From positions 434,001-498,000 of the forward strand of contig JBHGNT010000014.1 of assembly GCA_043228905.1 (NCBI GenBank): a stretch of DNA of 64,000 nucleotides, in the 5' to 3' direction. The notes under the pieces are model-generated. The model saw only the letters and a program-made list of their open reading frames with translations. It had not been told where the DNA came from and ran no database searches. The DNA is from Azolla caroliniana (Eukaryota > Plantae > Polypodiophyta). A program made the translations under genes and the position numbers. Numbering within the stretch: position 1 is the first letter of the stretch; every line of letters starts with the position of its first letter. This document shows, piece by piece, positions 27,601 to 41,916 of the stretch.

Positions 27601-30132
27601 TATAGAGTGATTTTGTATAAGTGTATAAATGTGAGGATAAAAATTGATGTAGGCATGACTAGGTAATTTAATTACGTGTGAACGAATTTTGTGCATATTT
27701 GTATGAGTGTATTCGATGAAGATATGACAGTTTATGAGAGAGTGTGTATGTTTAAATTGTATGTAAATATAAGTGCAAGTGCAATACGTTTAGTTCTTAA
27801 CTTCTTTCTATGATCGTGTTAAGCATATATGTGTACCTTTATGCAAATTCGTATACATATGTATATGTAAGGATTAATTGTGTGAACGCATCTTTATGTA
27901 TTACGTATGTGATTGTATGCATGTTTATGTGCATGCATACATATACATGTGTGTAGAAGTATGTGTATGTTAATGGATAGGAGATTGTATGAGTTTGTAT
28001 TACCTAATATGTACATGTGTATCTATATATTAATGTGTCAAAGTATGTGAATGTACATGTGTGAGTGTGTAAGTGGGTATAGGTATGTACAAAAGTCCGT
28101 GAATGTATTATGTGTATACATATTTATGCAAAAGTGTGTGGATGTATATGAATGTGTATGTGTGTTTTAAATACATGTAAAGATTGGTATAAGCATATAT
28201 ATAATATTCTTCTTATGTATGAAGGCCATTGGGCGTGAATTGGTGAGTCACCCCTTTTGTGTGTTGGTGTGTGTCACTCTTGTGCATTCAACTCAATGTG
28301 CACTTTTTGTACAATTAGCATTGTGCACTGTGTTGAGTTAGCCACACATGCCCATGAGTTTGGTTCCTTCATCATTGTGTTGTGTCATCTTCTGAGCGGC
28401 AATTGTTGGGTTGCATGTTTGTGCACTCTTTTCCCTACTCACACACTAGGCTTGTGGGTTCATCACCTTCATGTTCTCTTCATGAGATCGTGTGCTTCCT
28501 TTCTATGCAATACTATACTCCCCTGAATCCTTGTGTGTTGTAGCACAAAAGCCTTTGTATGTTGCAAAGACCAATAGCCCTTGGCCTTTGGTAACAACTT
28601 CACCCAAAGATCCTTAGAAACACAACCAGTGCCCGGTTGGCTGGATGCCTGATACATTGGGACGTTGTGTCACATGTTCAACTCCAACTGTCCATTGATT
28701 TTCTTTTACTTGTAATTTAAGAATAAGATTTCCAATCTGAAAAATTTGTTGCAATCATCTTCTAGGTGCAAGTAGGTAGCTCTTGCAAATTGAGCTATAT
28801 TTATTTGTTGGTTTTAATCATCCTCATTTCCTTTTGACTTTCTTCAGACTCTCTAGTGACCCCAGACCTTGTTTTATGAGAAACTAGGATTTTAAGTACT
28901 TTCCTCCTGTTGCTTGTCCATCAATGGTTTAGGTGAATAGCTACACATTCGCTTATGATATTGTTACCTCTAAATACTTTCATTTGGGTGATTTCTTCTC
29001 ATGGCCACCCAAGGTATATTTTCTTAGTTCCTCCACCGTCATGATGATGGCGTAGGTGTGAAAACATTTTCTTGTACATCCATTGATTTTCTTTTTGAGT
29101 ACCCTTGCACACCCCTTGTGGTTTAGGTAGTTAAAGTTTTCCCTTTTTCTCATAAACTAATTTGTGCCTATCATATTCTTAGATTTCTTTCCTTTTTCCT
29201 ACATCCATCTTCCTCACCCTTGTACCTAATTATGTCTCTATCCATCACTACCAGCACTAAGAAATTCCACTGTGAACATGAGAACCTCACCCTTTTCATG
29301 ATTTTTTCACATGACATTTACACAAGAGCTTCTGCCTATCAACATGAACCCGAAGACCTTGCAATCACGAATGCTCATAAAGATATCGCATGACAAGGTT
29401 TTCACACGAAGGAATTTCCATAAGAGTCCACTTGACCACACGACACGATTTGTCCACATGAGCACAACAAATGAAGTGGTCATGCAAACCTGTCCCACAC
29501 ACTCAATACTCGATAGGATTCTATGAGCCTCATCCTTGAGGAGATGGCTTGATACGTGACTACTTTTCTTTAATGCCATCATTCGTGGATTCACATTCAA
29601 AATATTCACCCTACCACATTACATGAAACAACCACAAAGACTTGTTGCGCGAGAAATTAAATGACTAAATCATGCGAGCTCATTTGGTGAAGGAATTTCG
29701 TGTCAAAAGTACACAAAGAAATTGGAACAATCTGGTAATTGTGGGCGGTGAGTGGGATATGTAAGTATTCACTTCATTCAAAGTCATCTTCCATTCACAA
29801 AGTCAATGGTCGGCTTTAACACACATACAAGATGCATGGTTGAGCTTGTAACCTCAACACAATGGACACTTTTTGTCCCATGTCCATTATCTCTAAGTGA
29901 TGGAAGAAAAAATAATTGGAGACTACCATAGGTATGGTGATGAATTCAAGATGTGATCTCAGACAAAATGGTGGGCATTTTTTTGTCCAGTGCCCATCAT
30001 TCGGAGTGAGAACAGAACAACACAAGTGAGGAGACAATGTCACGATGCAAGGTCTAGAGAAATGGTGAACACTTTTGGACCAGGGTGGGCCAATCCTTCA
30101 AACTAATGTAACGGGAGCAATTTGGGTGAGAG

Positions 30133-30362
30133 ATATGTATGTATAATGTATGTATGTATGTATGTATGTATTATGATGACATGTATGTATATGAGATATG
30201 TATATGCATGTAAGATATGCATCTATGCTATGTATTTGTGACATGTACGTATATATGTAAGATATGCATCTATGATATGTATTTGTGACATGTATGTATG
30301 TGTGATATGTATGTATATATGTAAGATATGCATCTATGCTATGTATGTATGACATGTATGTA

Positions 30363-30399
<37 letters not shown>
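30133..30399. repeat. Degenerate (ATGT)n/(GT)n low-complexity array
   Basis: Directly visible, with recurring atgtaagatatgcatctatg subunits. Confidence 0.85.
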
Positions 30400-30401
<2 letters not shown>

Positions 30402-31376
30402 CAACACCATCATTCCTGATTCAATGGAGAGAGGAAGGTGGTCTTCATTGAGAAGCCATGGATTTGGGTTCCTCGGATGAAGCATCAACAGATTAAAGGC
30501 TTTTCTCCCTCGTCAGATTTTTCCTTTATTTTTTTGGTCCCCTGCTCTTTATTTTTGTTTCTTAATGTATGCTAGAGGCAGGCATCATCCTTTGCATGGG
30601 AGAGAGAGAAAATGTGGTTACAAAGATGGCTTAGATTTCTGGTTATCCATACTTAACGATGGAAAGAAGAAGAAGAAAATTTGGGTTTTCTAATGATCAA
30701 TGAAGATATTTCTGTGCTTCTGATGTTATTCTACAAACGGGCAATGATTCTTAGGATGGTTTTTACACGCATGAAGAATGTGGCCTACCATATACAGGTG
30801 ATTAGCGCTGGTGATTCTTAAGTTGGTTTAACAAACATGAATAATCTAATGACTAAGTTAGTGAGGAAGTTGCAAATAGAAATATAGACTCTTATCCATG
30901 AATTTAGGGTGGATATTTGGATACCTGGGTAATAGTTTGATGAATTCAATAATTCAAATCCAATTCCAAGACTTGGAACTGCAGTTTTCCTTTTGACCTT
31001 CTATATGTTTTGTGTGCTTCTGTTTATTTCACATTTGTGTCCTCTTACATCCTTTCTTTTCCTAATATTTTGTCAACTGTCTAGTTTATGCTTGTGAATC
31101 TGTATATCTATAGCCTCTTTAATCTCCAAGCATGATATCACAATTTAGTTAAATTACATTTTATTGCTTCAACTGCATTATTACATGTTGAAAAACATTT
31201 TTTCAAATGCATTATTAAATGTTATTGTTTTAAATACATTCTCTTTTCACATGTCTCTCTCTAACCATGATATGCCTTCCTCATAGAGGCCTTTAATCTT
31301 GAATGCAAAGACAATGTCTTTTTCTTTAAGAAGTCTGAAGCTTTGATGGAATATATTCTATTTGGTTTTGCAATAG

Positions 31377-32095
31377 GATGCTAAGAGTAGAAACAGCACT
31401 AACTCTTTTGAAAGGTAACCTGAAGAGCATTGGAATGGATACTGCAGCGAGCACCAAAGCTTTGGATGACCCTTGGATATCTTCGAAGGAAGTAGCCAAG
31501 GATGAGGAATTAATTATCACAAGTTCAGCAAGGTTTTTACCATATATGTTACAACTTCCTTCTGAACATATGAGGCATGGGATATAGATGTAGGGCATAT
31601 GCATGTGCATTCATTCATCCGCCTGTCAGCTGTTTATGGTTTTCTCGGGCAGTACTTTCTTGAATCTTTATAGTGTTATAGCATATGCTTAAAATTAACT
31701 GGTTTTCTTCAAGTATTTGCGTTCATTCTCTCAGTAGATTTTCATTGTTTACCTGACAGTATTTTAATATTTGCCCTTAACACTGGTTTTCAAGTTTGTA
31801 CACTCATGCACTCACTTTAGGTTCTCTCGAGGATGTTTTAGCTTACTCTTAGAAACACTTGTTTTTCAAGATGTTCATGTATGTATGTATGTATGTATGT
31901 ATGTGTGCGTGTATGTATGTATATATGTGAGTTAGTTCATTGAGTGGAATTTTATCATCATCCTGGCTTTGTTTTTTTGAAACTTTCATGACTTTGACAG
32001 TGATTTAGCATCGTCAAACTCAATAAAAGTGGTTGAGGATGCGATCTCTGAGCTATCCTCTCCTAGAAGAAATAAAGCAACAACTTTCATCTGTT
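31377..32095 (+). other. Possible exon fragments of an unresolved gene or pseudogene upstream of the copia insertion
   Basis: AG/GT-bounded open segments at ~31377-31532 and ~32001-32095 join in frame. No recognisable domain, and no continuation could be found. Confidence 0.25.
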
Positions 32096-32195
32096 GTAAG
32101 TTTGTAGAAATTGCTTATAGAGGTTAAATACAAGTTTTTGTATGATTTCACGGTTTTAGGAGCAAATGCAAAGCTGCAAAGCAAGGATATCAACG

Positions 32196-35100
32196 TGTTA
32201 GAATATAATATAAATATCTATGGGAGATGTTACATATATTAAATTATTACATACGTTACAACTGATTTTGTAACTTACACATTTAAATATGTTTGTAATT
32301 TCTATATAAAGTGTTCTCACTAGCTTAATGAAACATAGAGTTTTTTTTACAACATTCTCCCTCCATCTCTGTGTATCTCTCTTTCTCCCTCTCTCCTTCT
32401 CGAGTGTTATTGCTTCTTTTCCCCTTACATGGTATGAGAGCTTCTCTAAGGGACAACAAGCAAAACACAATACAACACATTTGCTTGGATTGATCCGGAC
32501 AATCCAAACAACATGTACTCCAAGGAAGAAATGGAAAACCTGCCTTCATCAACATCCAACAATATTTCAAGAAAGTATTCAGTAGAGAAACTCACAAATT
32601 ACAACTACCGGATGTGGAAGACAAGGATGGAGCTTATCCTAAAAAGAGCAAACTTTAAAGAGCTAGTGGATGGTTCCATGAGCATTCCAAATACAAAAAA
32701 TATATTGAAACAATGGAAAAGTAGAGATTTAGATGATAGAATGAAGATCATAATGCGCCTTAGTGATGAACAAGTTGATCATGTTCGTGATTTGGAGATT
32801 GCACAACAAATGTGGGAGTATCTACGAAAACTCCACCAACCCTCTGATGGAACAACAAAAATATTCTCATACAGGACTCTAACGAACCTGGAAATGTAAG
32901 AGGGAGAACAACTTGATGCATTCATTAGCAAATGGGAGAAACAATTAGATGCAACAGTCATAGTAGGCAACAACATAGACAAGACCTCAAAATGTGAGAT
33001 TTTGATGGGAGCATTACCTTCATCTTGGATGACATTTGTTAGCATCTACAGTGAAGACAAAGACCTCAATCTACAAAACTTGATAGCAAAGCTGAAGCAA
33101 GACGAACTGCGAAGGAAAAGTCATTCAAAATTAGTAAGTATACCTAATGTTTATTATGTTCCAGGAATAATAAAGAACTTACTTTACGTAAGCTGATAGT
33201 GCACCTATCCATAAGTCATTCAAAATCAGTAAGTATACCTAATGTTTATTATGTTCTAGGAATAATAAAGAACTTACTTTCCGTAAGTGAAGCCACAACA
33301 AACAGAACTATTATTGAATTTCATTGCAATTGTGCAATAATTTACCACAAACTACCAACTGGTGAAACAATGAAGATCACATGCCCAAAATCAGGGCGGT
33401 TATACCTACTACAGATGGTAGACAAAACACCTATCCGGGCCCTTAGTGCAACAGGATACATCCAAGCTGATTCAACATTACTTTGGCATCATCGACTTGG
33501 GCATCTCAACCCAAAGTCAATGAAGACAAGACAAATCGACAAGTTGCTTGAAGGAATCCCCACGAGGCCCTTCAAGTATATTTCTGTGTGTGAAGGATAT
33601 ATATATGGCAAACAATGTCGCCAAAAATTCGCAACTAACAACAACAAAAAGACAAAAAGACCATTACAAGTCAAATCTGTGTGGACCGATGCAAACAACA
33701 TCTTTAGATGGTAATAAATATGTAATCTCTTTCATTGATTGATGATTTCACTAGATTCACTATATTATATTTTCTTAAAGAAAAGTCAGGGGCCTTCAAA
33801 GCTTTCATTTCCTACAAGGCAGAGGTGGAGAATCATGGTCAACATAAAATCTCCACAATTCAGAGTGACAATGGTGGTGAATATTTTTCCAAAGACTAGA
33901 TAAAGTTTTGTGAAGAGCATGGGATCAGGCATGAGCATACAGTTCCCTACAACCCACAACAAAATGGAATCGCTGAATAGAAGAATAGGACTCTACTTGA
34001 TGCAAGTAGATGTATGTTACAAGTTGTGGGTCTACATAACCAATTCTGGGAAGAAGCTATTGCTACAACATGCTACCTACAAAACATATCACTACATAAA
34101 GTATTGGGACGAAACACCCCATATGCAATATGGTATGGCCACAAACCACACTTACGACATCTACGTGTGGATGAAGGAAGTTGGACCCTCATACAAGGAA
34201 ATGCATCTTCACGGGCTATGGGGAAACATCAGGCGTAAAAGCATATAGATTATTTGACCTACATACAAGGAAATTTCTCTTCAACCGATCTGTCAATTTT
34301 GATGAAGCAACGTGCAAACCATGAGGTACAACATCTAAATGAGAATTCTAAAAATGAACTAACATTTCCTAGTCATTCTCAAATTGTAAACTATGGTGGC
34401 CCAATCACACGAGATCGATCTAAGCGTCTACAACAAAACCAATTTCAAGCAAAAGGAAATCTACACAATATGCAAATTAAGTCTTTTGCAAACAGAAACT
34501 GGAATAACAAAGAAATGACAAATCACCCAAACTCAAGCGACCACAACATAGCTAAATCGGAAAGTTATTATGGCAGCCATAACTTATCTAGACAAAAAAA
34601 TCAGTTTGGTTATGGCATACCTCGAAGAGAAGACTAAAGAGATGACAAGATACTTGAATTGGAAAGTGATGGAGCTGAAATCTTTAGTAATTGCAGTATA
34701 CCTGCCACAAATGTTGATAATTTCAGACCTGAGTCGAATGGCAGCAACATAATCAGATCTGAGACAAAAAGGGACAGCATAATCAGATCTGAAAATCAAA
34801 TTATTCAACCACAAAACATAATCAGATTTGAGATAAATAACGACACAATAATCGTATCTGAAAATTAGGGTATTCATCGAAGAAGTGGAAGAGGACATCA
34901 TGGTGACCATAGTAGAAGAGAAAGCCATGGCAGCCATGAAGAAATCGCAATGATTAATCAAGAAGAAGGGATTTTACCTTCCTCACCAAAGCCTCACCAA
35001 CGAGCCCTAATACCTACAAATAAACCAAACAGAGGATTCACACATAGAAAGGACTCAAATGATGAAGAGTCTACACTAGAAGAAGACACCAATGTCAACA
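32196..35100 (+). mobile_element. Truncated Ty1/copia copy A (LTR, PBS, gag, GAG-pre-integrase, integrase; no RT/RNaseH)
   Basis: Putative LTR 32196-32429 (TG...CA with TATA). PBS tggtatgagagc at 32430 is tRNA-Met-like. Motifs: gag EKLTNYNYRMWKTRM, LWHHRLGH, and integrase SDNGGEY / PQQNG. Many stops. Confidence 0.92.
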
Positions 35101-38100
35101 CTACACACTTGAAGTTAGTGAGATACTTTCCTCGAGTATCATTTCATCCTTTTCTTCAAGTGGTGAAGAATTTGAGTATTCTTCATCATCGAGAGCTACC
35201 AAAGTGCCTCAAGAGGGTCGGTGTTGTCCATAATTTCCTTGAGGCTTCTATATTTTTGTTTCGGTTCAATGTTGACGTTGGTGTCTTCTTCTAGTGTAGA
35301 CTCTTCATCATTTGAGTCCTTTCTATGTGTCAGTCCTTTGTTTATTTTATGTGCAGGGATTAGGGCTCGTTGATGAGGATTTGGTGGGGAAGACATAATC
35401 CCTTCTTCTTGATTAATCATTGCGATTTCTTCATGGCTGCAATGGCTTTCTCTTCTATTATGGTCGCCATGATGTCCTCTTCCGCTTCTTTGACAAATAC
35501 CCTGATTTTCAGATACAATGCTGTCATAATTTTTGTCAGATTTGATTATGTTTTGTGGATGAATACCTTGATTTTCAGATCTGATTATGTTGTCATTGTG
35601 TGTCTCAGATCTGATTATGTTGCCACCATTCGACTTAGATCTGAAATTATCATCATTTGTAGCAGGTATATTGTGATTACTAGAAATTTCCGCTCCATCA
35701 CTTTCCGATTTAGGCATGTTGTCGTCTCTTTGGTCTTCTCTTCGAGGTATTTCGTAGAACACTTGATTTTTTTTTTTCTGAATTTGTCGTGGCCGCCATA
35801 ATCATTTTCCCGATTTAACTATGTTGTGGCAGCTCGAGTTTATCGAATTTGGGTGATTTATCATTTCTTCGTTATTCCAATCTCCTTGCATTAAAATGTT
35901 TTTGTTTGGCATATTGTATTGATTTCCTTTTCCATGAGATTGATTTTGTTGTAAGCGCTTAGATCAATCTTGTGTGATAGGGCCACTATATTTTACAATA
36001 TGAGAATCACTAGAAAATGTTAGTTCATTTTGAGAATTCTCACTTAGATGTTGTACCTCATGGTTTGCATATTGCTTCATTAGCGCTGCTTCATCAAAAG
36101 TGACAGATCGGCCGACGAGAAATTTCCTTGTATGTAGGTCAAATAATTTGTATGCTTTTACGCCTGATGCTTCTCCATAGCCCGTGAAGATGCATTTCCT
36201 TGCTCGAGGATCCAACTTCCTTCGTTTCTCTTGAGTAATATGGCTATATGCAATGCAACCAAACACGCGTAGATGTCCTAAGTGTGGTTTGTGGCCATAC
36301 CATATTGCATATGGGGTGTTCAGTGCCAATACTTTATATGGTGATCGGTTTTGTAGGTAGCATGCTGTAGCAACAGCTTCTTCCCAGAATTGGTTATGTA
36401 GACCCGCAACTTGTAACATACATCTACTTGCATCAAGTAGAGTCATGTTCTTCCGTTCAACGATTCCATTTTGTTGTGGGTTGTAGGGAACTGTATGCTC
36501 ATGCCTGATCCCATGCTCTTCACAAAACTTTATCTAGTCTTTGGAAAAATATTCACCACCATTGTCACTCTGAATTGTGGAGATTTTATGTTGACCATGA
36601 TTCTCCACCTCTGCCTTGTAGGAAATGAAAGCTTTGAAGGCCCCTGACTTTTCTTTAAGAAAATATAATATAGTGAATCTAGTGAAATCATCAATCAATG
36701 AAAGAGATTAAATATTTATTACCATCTAAGGATGTCGTTTGCATCGGTCCACACAGATTTGACTTGTAATGGTCTTTTTGTCTTTTTGTTGTTGTTAGTT
36801 GCGAATTTTTGGCGACATTGTTTGCCATATATATATCCTTCACACACAGAAATATATTTGAAGGGTCTAGTGGGGATACCTTCAAGCAACTTGTGGATTT
36901 GTCCTGTTTTCATTGACTTTGGGTTGAGATGTCCAAGTCGATGATGCCAAAGTAATGTTGAATCAGCATGAATTAGAATTAGAATTAGAATTTTTATCGT
37001 CCATAAAGAGGCCAATTTTGACCTATAGGACCAGAGTATACATGTTGAATGTGTCCTTTGCAGGGAGGGCCCGGATAGGTGTTTTGTCTACCATTTGTAG
37101 TGGGTATACTGCCTTGATTTTGGGCATGTGATCTTCATTGTTTCACCGGTTGGCTTGTGGATTTGTCCTGTCTTCATTGACTTTGGGTTGAGATGCCCAA
37201 GTCGATGATGCCAAAGTAATGTTGAATCAGCATGAATGTGTCCTGTTGCAGTGAGGGCCCAAATAGGTGTTTTGTCTACCATTTGTAGTAGGTATACCGC
37301 CTTGATTTTGGGCATGTGATCTTCATTGTTTCATCGGTTGGTAGTTTGTGGTAAATTATTGCACAATTGCAATGAAATTCAATAATAATTCCGTTTGCAG
37401 TGGCTTCACTTACGGAAAGTAAGTTCTTTATTATCCTTGGAACATAATAAACATTAGACATACTTACTGATTTTGAATGACTTATGGACAGGTGTACTTC
37501 TCCTTTGCCAATGGTGACTTTCATTCCATTGTCACCAAATCTCACTTCAAGCAGTTGTCAGAGAAGTCAGTAGTTGTGTAGGAGACTCTAGTTGTGTGGA
37601 TATGGTAATGGCACCTGATCCACTAGGTTTAGTTTTAGGCTAAAAATTTTCGGACTTTTGCTTTGAAAAGTTTCTTGGTTGATTCCTCATTGATGCTGCC
37701 ATGGCCATGTGGTTGACTTTATTTTGAGTATTTGTCCTTTTCCTTTGCAGTTTGTCTTGCTTCAGCTTTGCTATCGGGTTTTGTAGATTGAGGTCTTTGT
37801 CTTCACTGTGGATGCTAACAAATGTCATCCAAGATGATGGTAATGCTCCCATCAAAATCTCACATTTTGAGGTCTCATCTATGTTGTTGCCTGTTGTGAC
37901 TGCCGCATCTAGTTGTTTCTTCCATTTGCTGATGAATGCATCATCTTGTTCTACCTCTTTCATTTCAAGGTTCATCAAAGTCCTATATGAGAATATTTTT
38001 GTTGTTCCATAAGAGGGTTGGTGGAGTTCTCGTAGATACTCCCACATTTGTTGTGCAGTCTCCAAATCGCGAACATGATCAACTTGTTCATCACGGAGGT

Positions 38101-38468
38101 GCATTATGATCTCCATTCTAGCATCCAAATCTCTACTCTTCCATTGTTTCAATCCATTTTCTGTATTTGGAATGCTAATGGAACCATCCACTAGCTCTTT
38201 AAGGTTTGCTCTTTTTAGGATAAGCTCCATCCTTGTCTTCCACATCCGGTAGTTGTTATTTGTGAGTTTCTCTACTGAATACTTTCTTGAAATATTGTTG
38301 GATGTTGAGGACATGAGATTCTGATTTTGTGCTTCGTTGGATGTAAATGAAGACAGGTTTTCCATTTCTTCCTCGGAGTACATGTTGTTTGGATTGTCCG
38401 GATCAATCCAAGCAAATGTGTTATATTGCGTTTTGCTTGCTGTCCCTTAGAGAAGCTCTCATACCATG
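35101..38468 (-). mobile_element. Truncated Ty1/copia copy B, inverted relative to copy A
   Basis: gag ORF 38383-37640 (247 aa). LWHHRLGH segment is duplicated. Integrase C-terminus FWEEAVATACYLQNR...LRVFGC...KLDPRARKCIFTGY. PBS at 38466-38455, with only the terminal CA of the LTR left. Confidence 0.92.
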
Positions 38469-40257
38469 GCTTTACATTTTGTGCTTAGCATTAGTACATC
38501 ACTTCCACAATCTCTCAAACTTTAAGTGATTCATTTTAAACTTGGATATAATAACTTAAACCAACGTAAACAAACATTGTGATTGAAAAGTCAACTATCT
38601 TTTCTTTGTCTTGATTGTCTTGTGGCTTCGAGGCCTTTTGGTGATGGAATTACTAATTCTTCTTTTGAACCACAAAGCGATAAATCATGGGTGGTCATGT
38701 TAGACATATGAGCGCAATGTGGGCTTGTTCGTTGAAACATTATTTGTAATACTTGATAATGTGTTGTGTTTGGAGTTCTATGGATATTGTTAGTTTATCA
38801 TTATTAGATATGACAGTTTTCAAATGAGAAGTTAGATGTCTCAATTTGTATAAATTGAGTGTTTGATTTGTTTATTGAATGAGTTGATAGAAGAGTTAAA
38901 GAGTTCTCATTCACACACATGTTATAAGATTAGATTATGAATTACACTAACAAAGATTGTCATAAATTTTCCACACGTGTTTGTACTTTCTACTTTGGGT
39001 TCTAGTCAACTAGAAAAACTTGATGATAAGACTAACACATAAATAAAGTAACATTAGTAGGGGGGTGATGGTTAACTATCCCCAAATGTACATGATTGAC
39101 AAGCTTTACTATTGATATGTGTCTCTCTTTATCTTTAGGTATCATTTAGATGCCTTGTTATATCTTTGTGGAGCTTCACATCATTGGCATAAAAGAATAG
39201 ATCATGCAAGAAAATTGCTAATAGAGTATATGCACAATCATGTGTTGGAATAGTGACATATGTAGAGAAATGGATACATATTTTCTAGACAATGAAGCTT
39301 ACCAACGTTATTCGAACTATGCCACCTCAAAGGATTACACGAGACATTTGAAGCATCGAAGCAAATGGCAACGGCAAAACATATAGAAGGATCATGGTGC
39401 TCACATGGGATGAAGTGGTCGAACAAGAATGGCTTCAACATTGAGAAGATTTACACCCCTTGGTATTGTAAACCTCACCAAAATGATGAATGCAACAATG
39501 TATTACAACAAGATCTATGGAAGTCTGTACACTAGAGGACCTAGATCACATTGAGGGAGCATCTTTGAAAGATGGTCCCTTATAGGAACCATTTCATGAA
39601 CTTCTCTAACATAAATATTCATAGAAATGCCAAGGTGCTTGGATGTTTACATGCTACATACCTAGTGATATTTTATATGCCATACATATGTTTTCCCTAA
39701 TTTACTAGATTCAAAATAGTATGGAATGTAGGGGGTTGAATGCATGACCTTTTGGTCTCTACCAAACAACCTTATAGAGTAAGCTGCAACCATTTGTGTC
39801 ACTCGCTCTCTCAATGCTCTCTCTTCTGTCATATTTGAGTAAACTTGGACCTATCCCTACATACATTTTTCTCTCAATAAAAATATGGAATTTGAATTGC
39901 AACCTTAATCAAATAAAACTCTTGAATATCGAGCTACACTCATCAATGTCTACACATAGAAAAAGTTCCGGGGCTTTATGTCTAGTCTTAGAGCTCAAAT
40001 GTTTGAGGTTTGAGGTTTGAGGTTTGAGGACTCGATAAAAAGAGTCTGTCTTTTTCTAGCTCTATATATGTCTTCCCTCTTCTCTCAAAGAGAAATGTGA
40101 GATATACGAGGACATGGATCATATAGTGTCCATGATCATAAAAACTCCATGCCTCCTTGTCATTGACTCTATCTATATGTTTATCTACATTTCCCCCCTC
40201 GAAGAGTGAAATGTTGGAGGAGCCGATAATGCAATCTCTTTGTAAATGTCTATCCAT

Positions 40258-40258
40258 A

Positions 40259-40312
<54 letters not shown>
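40258..40312. repeat. (GT)n(GA)n compound microsatellite
   Basis: Directly visible. Confidence 0.95.
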
Positions 40313-40315
<3 letters not shown>

Positions 40316-40626
40316 TGTAAATTGTGAAATCCATGATAACACCACCTACAAGGCTAACCTCATCTATGTATGCCAGATACACACATCGAGAGTTTGTGCT
40401 TCAGAGCACGATGAATGTCATTTCTTAGGAAGTGAGGCAACCAGTCAAGAAAACTTGTGTTGCGTTCAGGTCCCATTGACCTATCGATGGATGCTAAAAA
40501 AACTTGTTTCTCAGTTCTCGCTCTGTCCCTTCCCCAAAGAGGAATATCTGAGAACCCAATAAGGAAATCGTGTGTGTGTGTCCCTTAAGAAAGAGAGAGC
40601 CCATAAATAAAATTGTTGTGTGTTGT

Positions 40627-40651
40627 CCTAAACCCTAAACCCTAAACCCTA
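40627..40651 (+). promoter_or_regulatory. Telo-box cluster (AAACCCT x3) near the likely transcription start of the 41917 gene
   Basis: cctaaaccctaaaccctaaacccta. Telo-boxes are known from promoters and 5'UTRs of plant translation and ribosome-biogenesis genes; a function here is inferred. Confidence 0.45.
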
Positions 40652-41916
40652 GACTTGTATGGAGGGGTAGTCCGGGGAATTTGTGAAAACTGATGGGCGA
40701 TTCTTTGTTTGTTACGCAGTGTGACCCCCCTCCTCATGTGCAGGTTATTAGGGTTCCGTGATGGCATGGATTGAGTCTCTGCAGATCGGAAGATCTCCTG
40801 TTCTGTAACCTCCTGAATCCTTTTGACGGTTTCGTGTATAAAAGACAAAGACAAGTAGAGAATCAGCTGAGCAATTCTGGTAAGCAAGTTTCTCCGTTCC
40901 CGACTGACATAAAGAATTATCTGATTTCCGATATCTCAAGATTTTGTGCCAGCGTTAAAAATCAACCGCTGGATTGGTTTCTGTGTTTCCAAGATTTTCA
41001 TACAGCACTGAAAAGGACACTTGAGCTTGGTGTGTCTGAGGATTTTGATACAGCATAAAATATAAAAACTACTAACTTTACTCCAGCATAGTAAATATCA
41101 CCTGATTTGTGTCCCGAAGATTTTGATCCACCATTAAAAAACTGCTTTTTTTCTGTATGTTGAAGGATTTGGATCCAGCATAAAAGTTAATTGATTCAGA
41201 ATGAAAAAAGAACTCTCTGATCAACCAATTTCCTCAGCATATTTTTATATTTAAATTCCATGCCTTATGTCCATTGCTAAGCACAAGTGATGCTTGTCTG
41301 TTAAGAAACGCATGATTATGGTGACCTAAATTTTGTCGACAAACTGCCCATCATAAGGCTTGAACTCGCTAAATTTAGCGAGTTTTAGTTGTCTCTAAAA
41401 CTAGAAAGTTTTAGTGATTGCCACTGTTGCTCTAAAGACATTGCATTATCCTTAAACCTACTTGTAAGTAACACATGATTAGGGTTCTAAGACAATGGTA
41501 GAGGACTAGTGTCCAATTCACGATTGATATGCAACTGATGACGATGCTAATAGCAAAACCAGAGACACAAAAGTTCAAAATACAATCATCAAAAAAATGA
41601 TTTCCAAACATGACCTTTATATGGCCCCAAAACTTCTAACATGCATACATTTTTATAGGTGTTCAATTGCATAGATTTACAACTAGATCTTGATGGGCGT
41701 TAAGAGATAGAAGAATAATTGTAGTTTTTGAACAGATTTTTGGCAGCTAATCAATTTTTAGGGCTTCATCTAAGTAGAGCTCACAGAATATAGATTGTCT
41801 AAGAAATGCTTCTCCTAGAGATGGTGTGTTTGAAGCAATTCAATTACAGAATCAAACCTTTTTCTTTTGATTTCTTTTTAGTGAAATGGACATGTCCATT
41901 TTCAGGTTAGTTCGGT

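Noticed and set aside
23400-30100. Possible genes among the short ORFs
   Set aside because: No consistent exon chain or domain; probably highly decayed TE sequence that I cannot classify.
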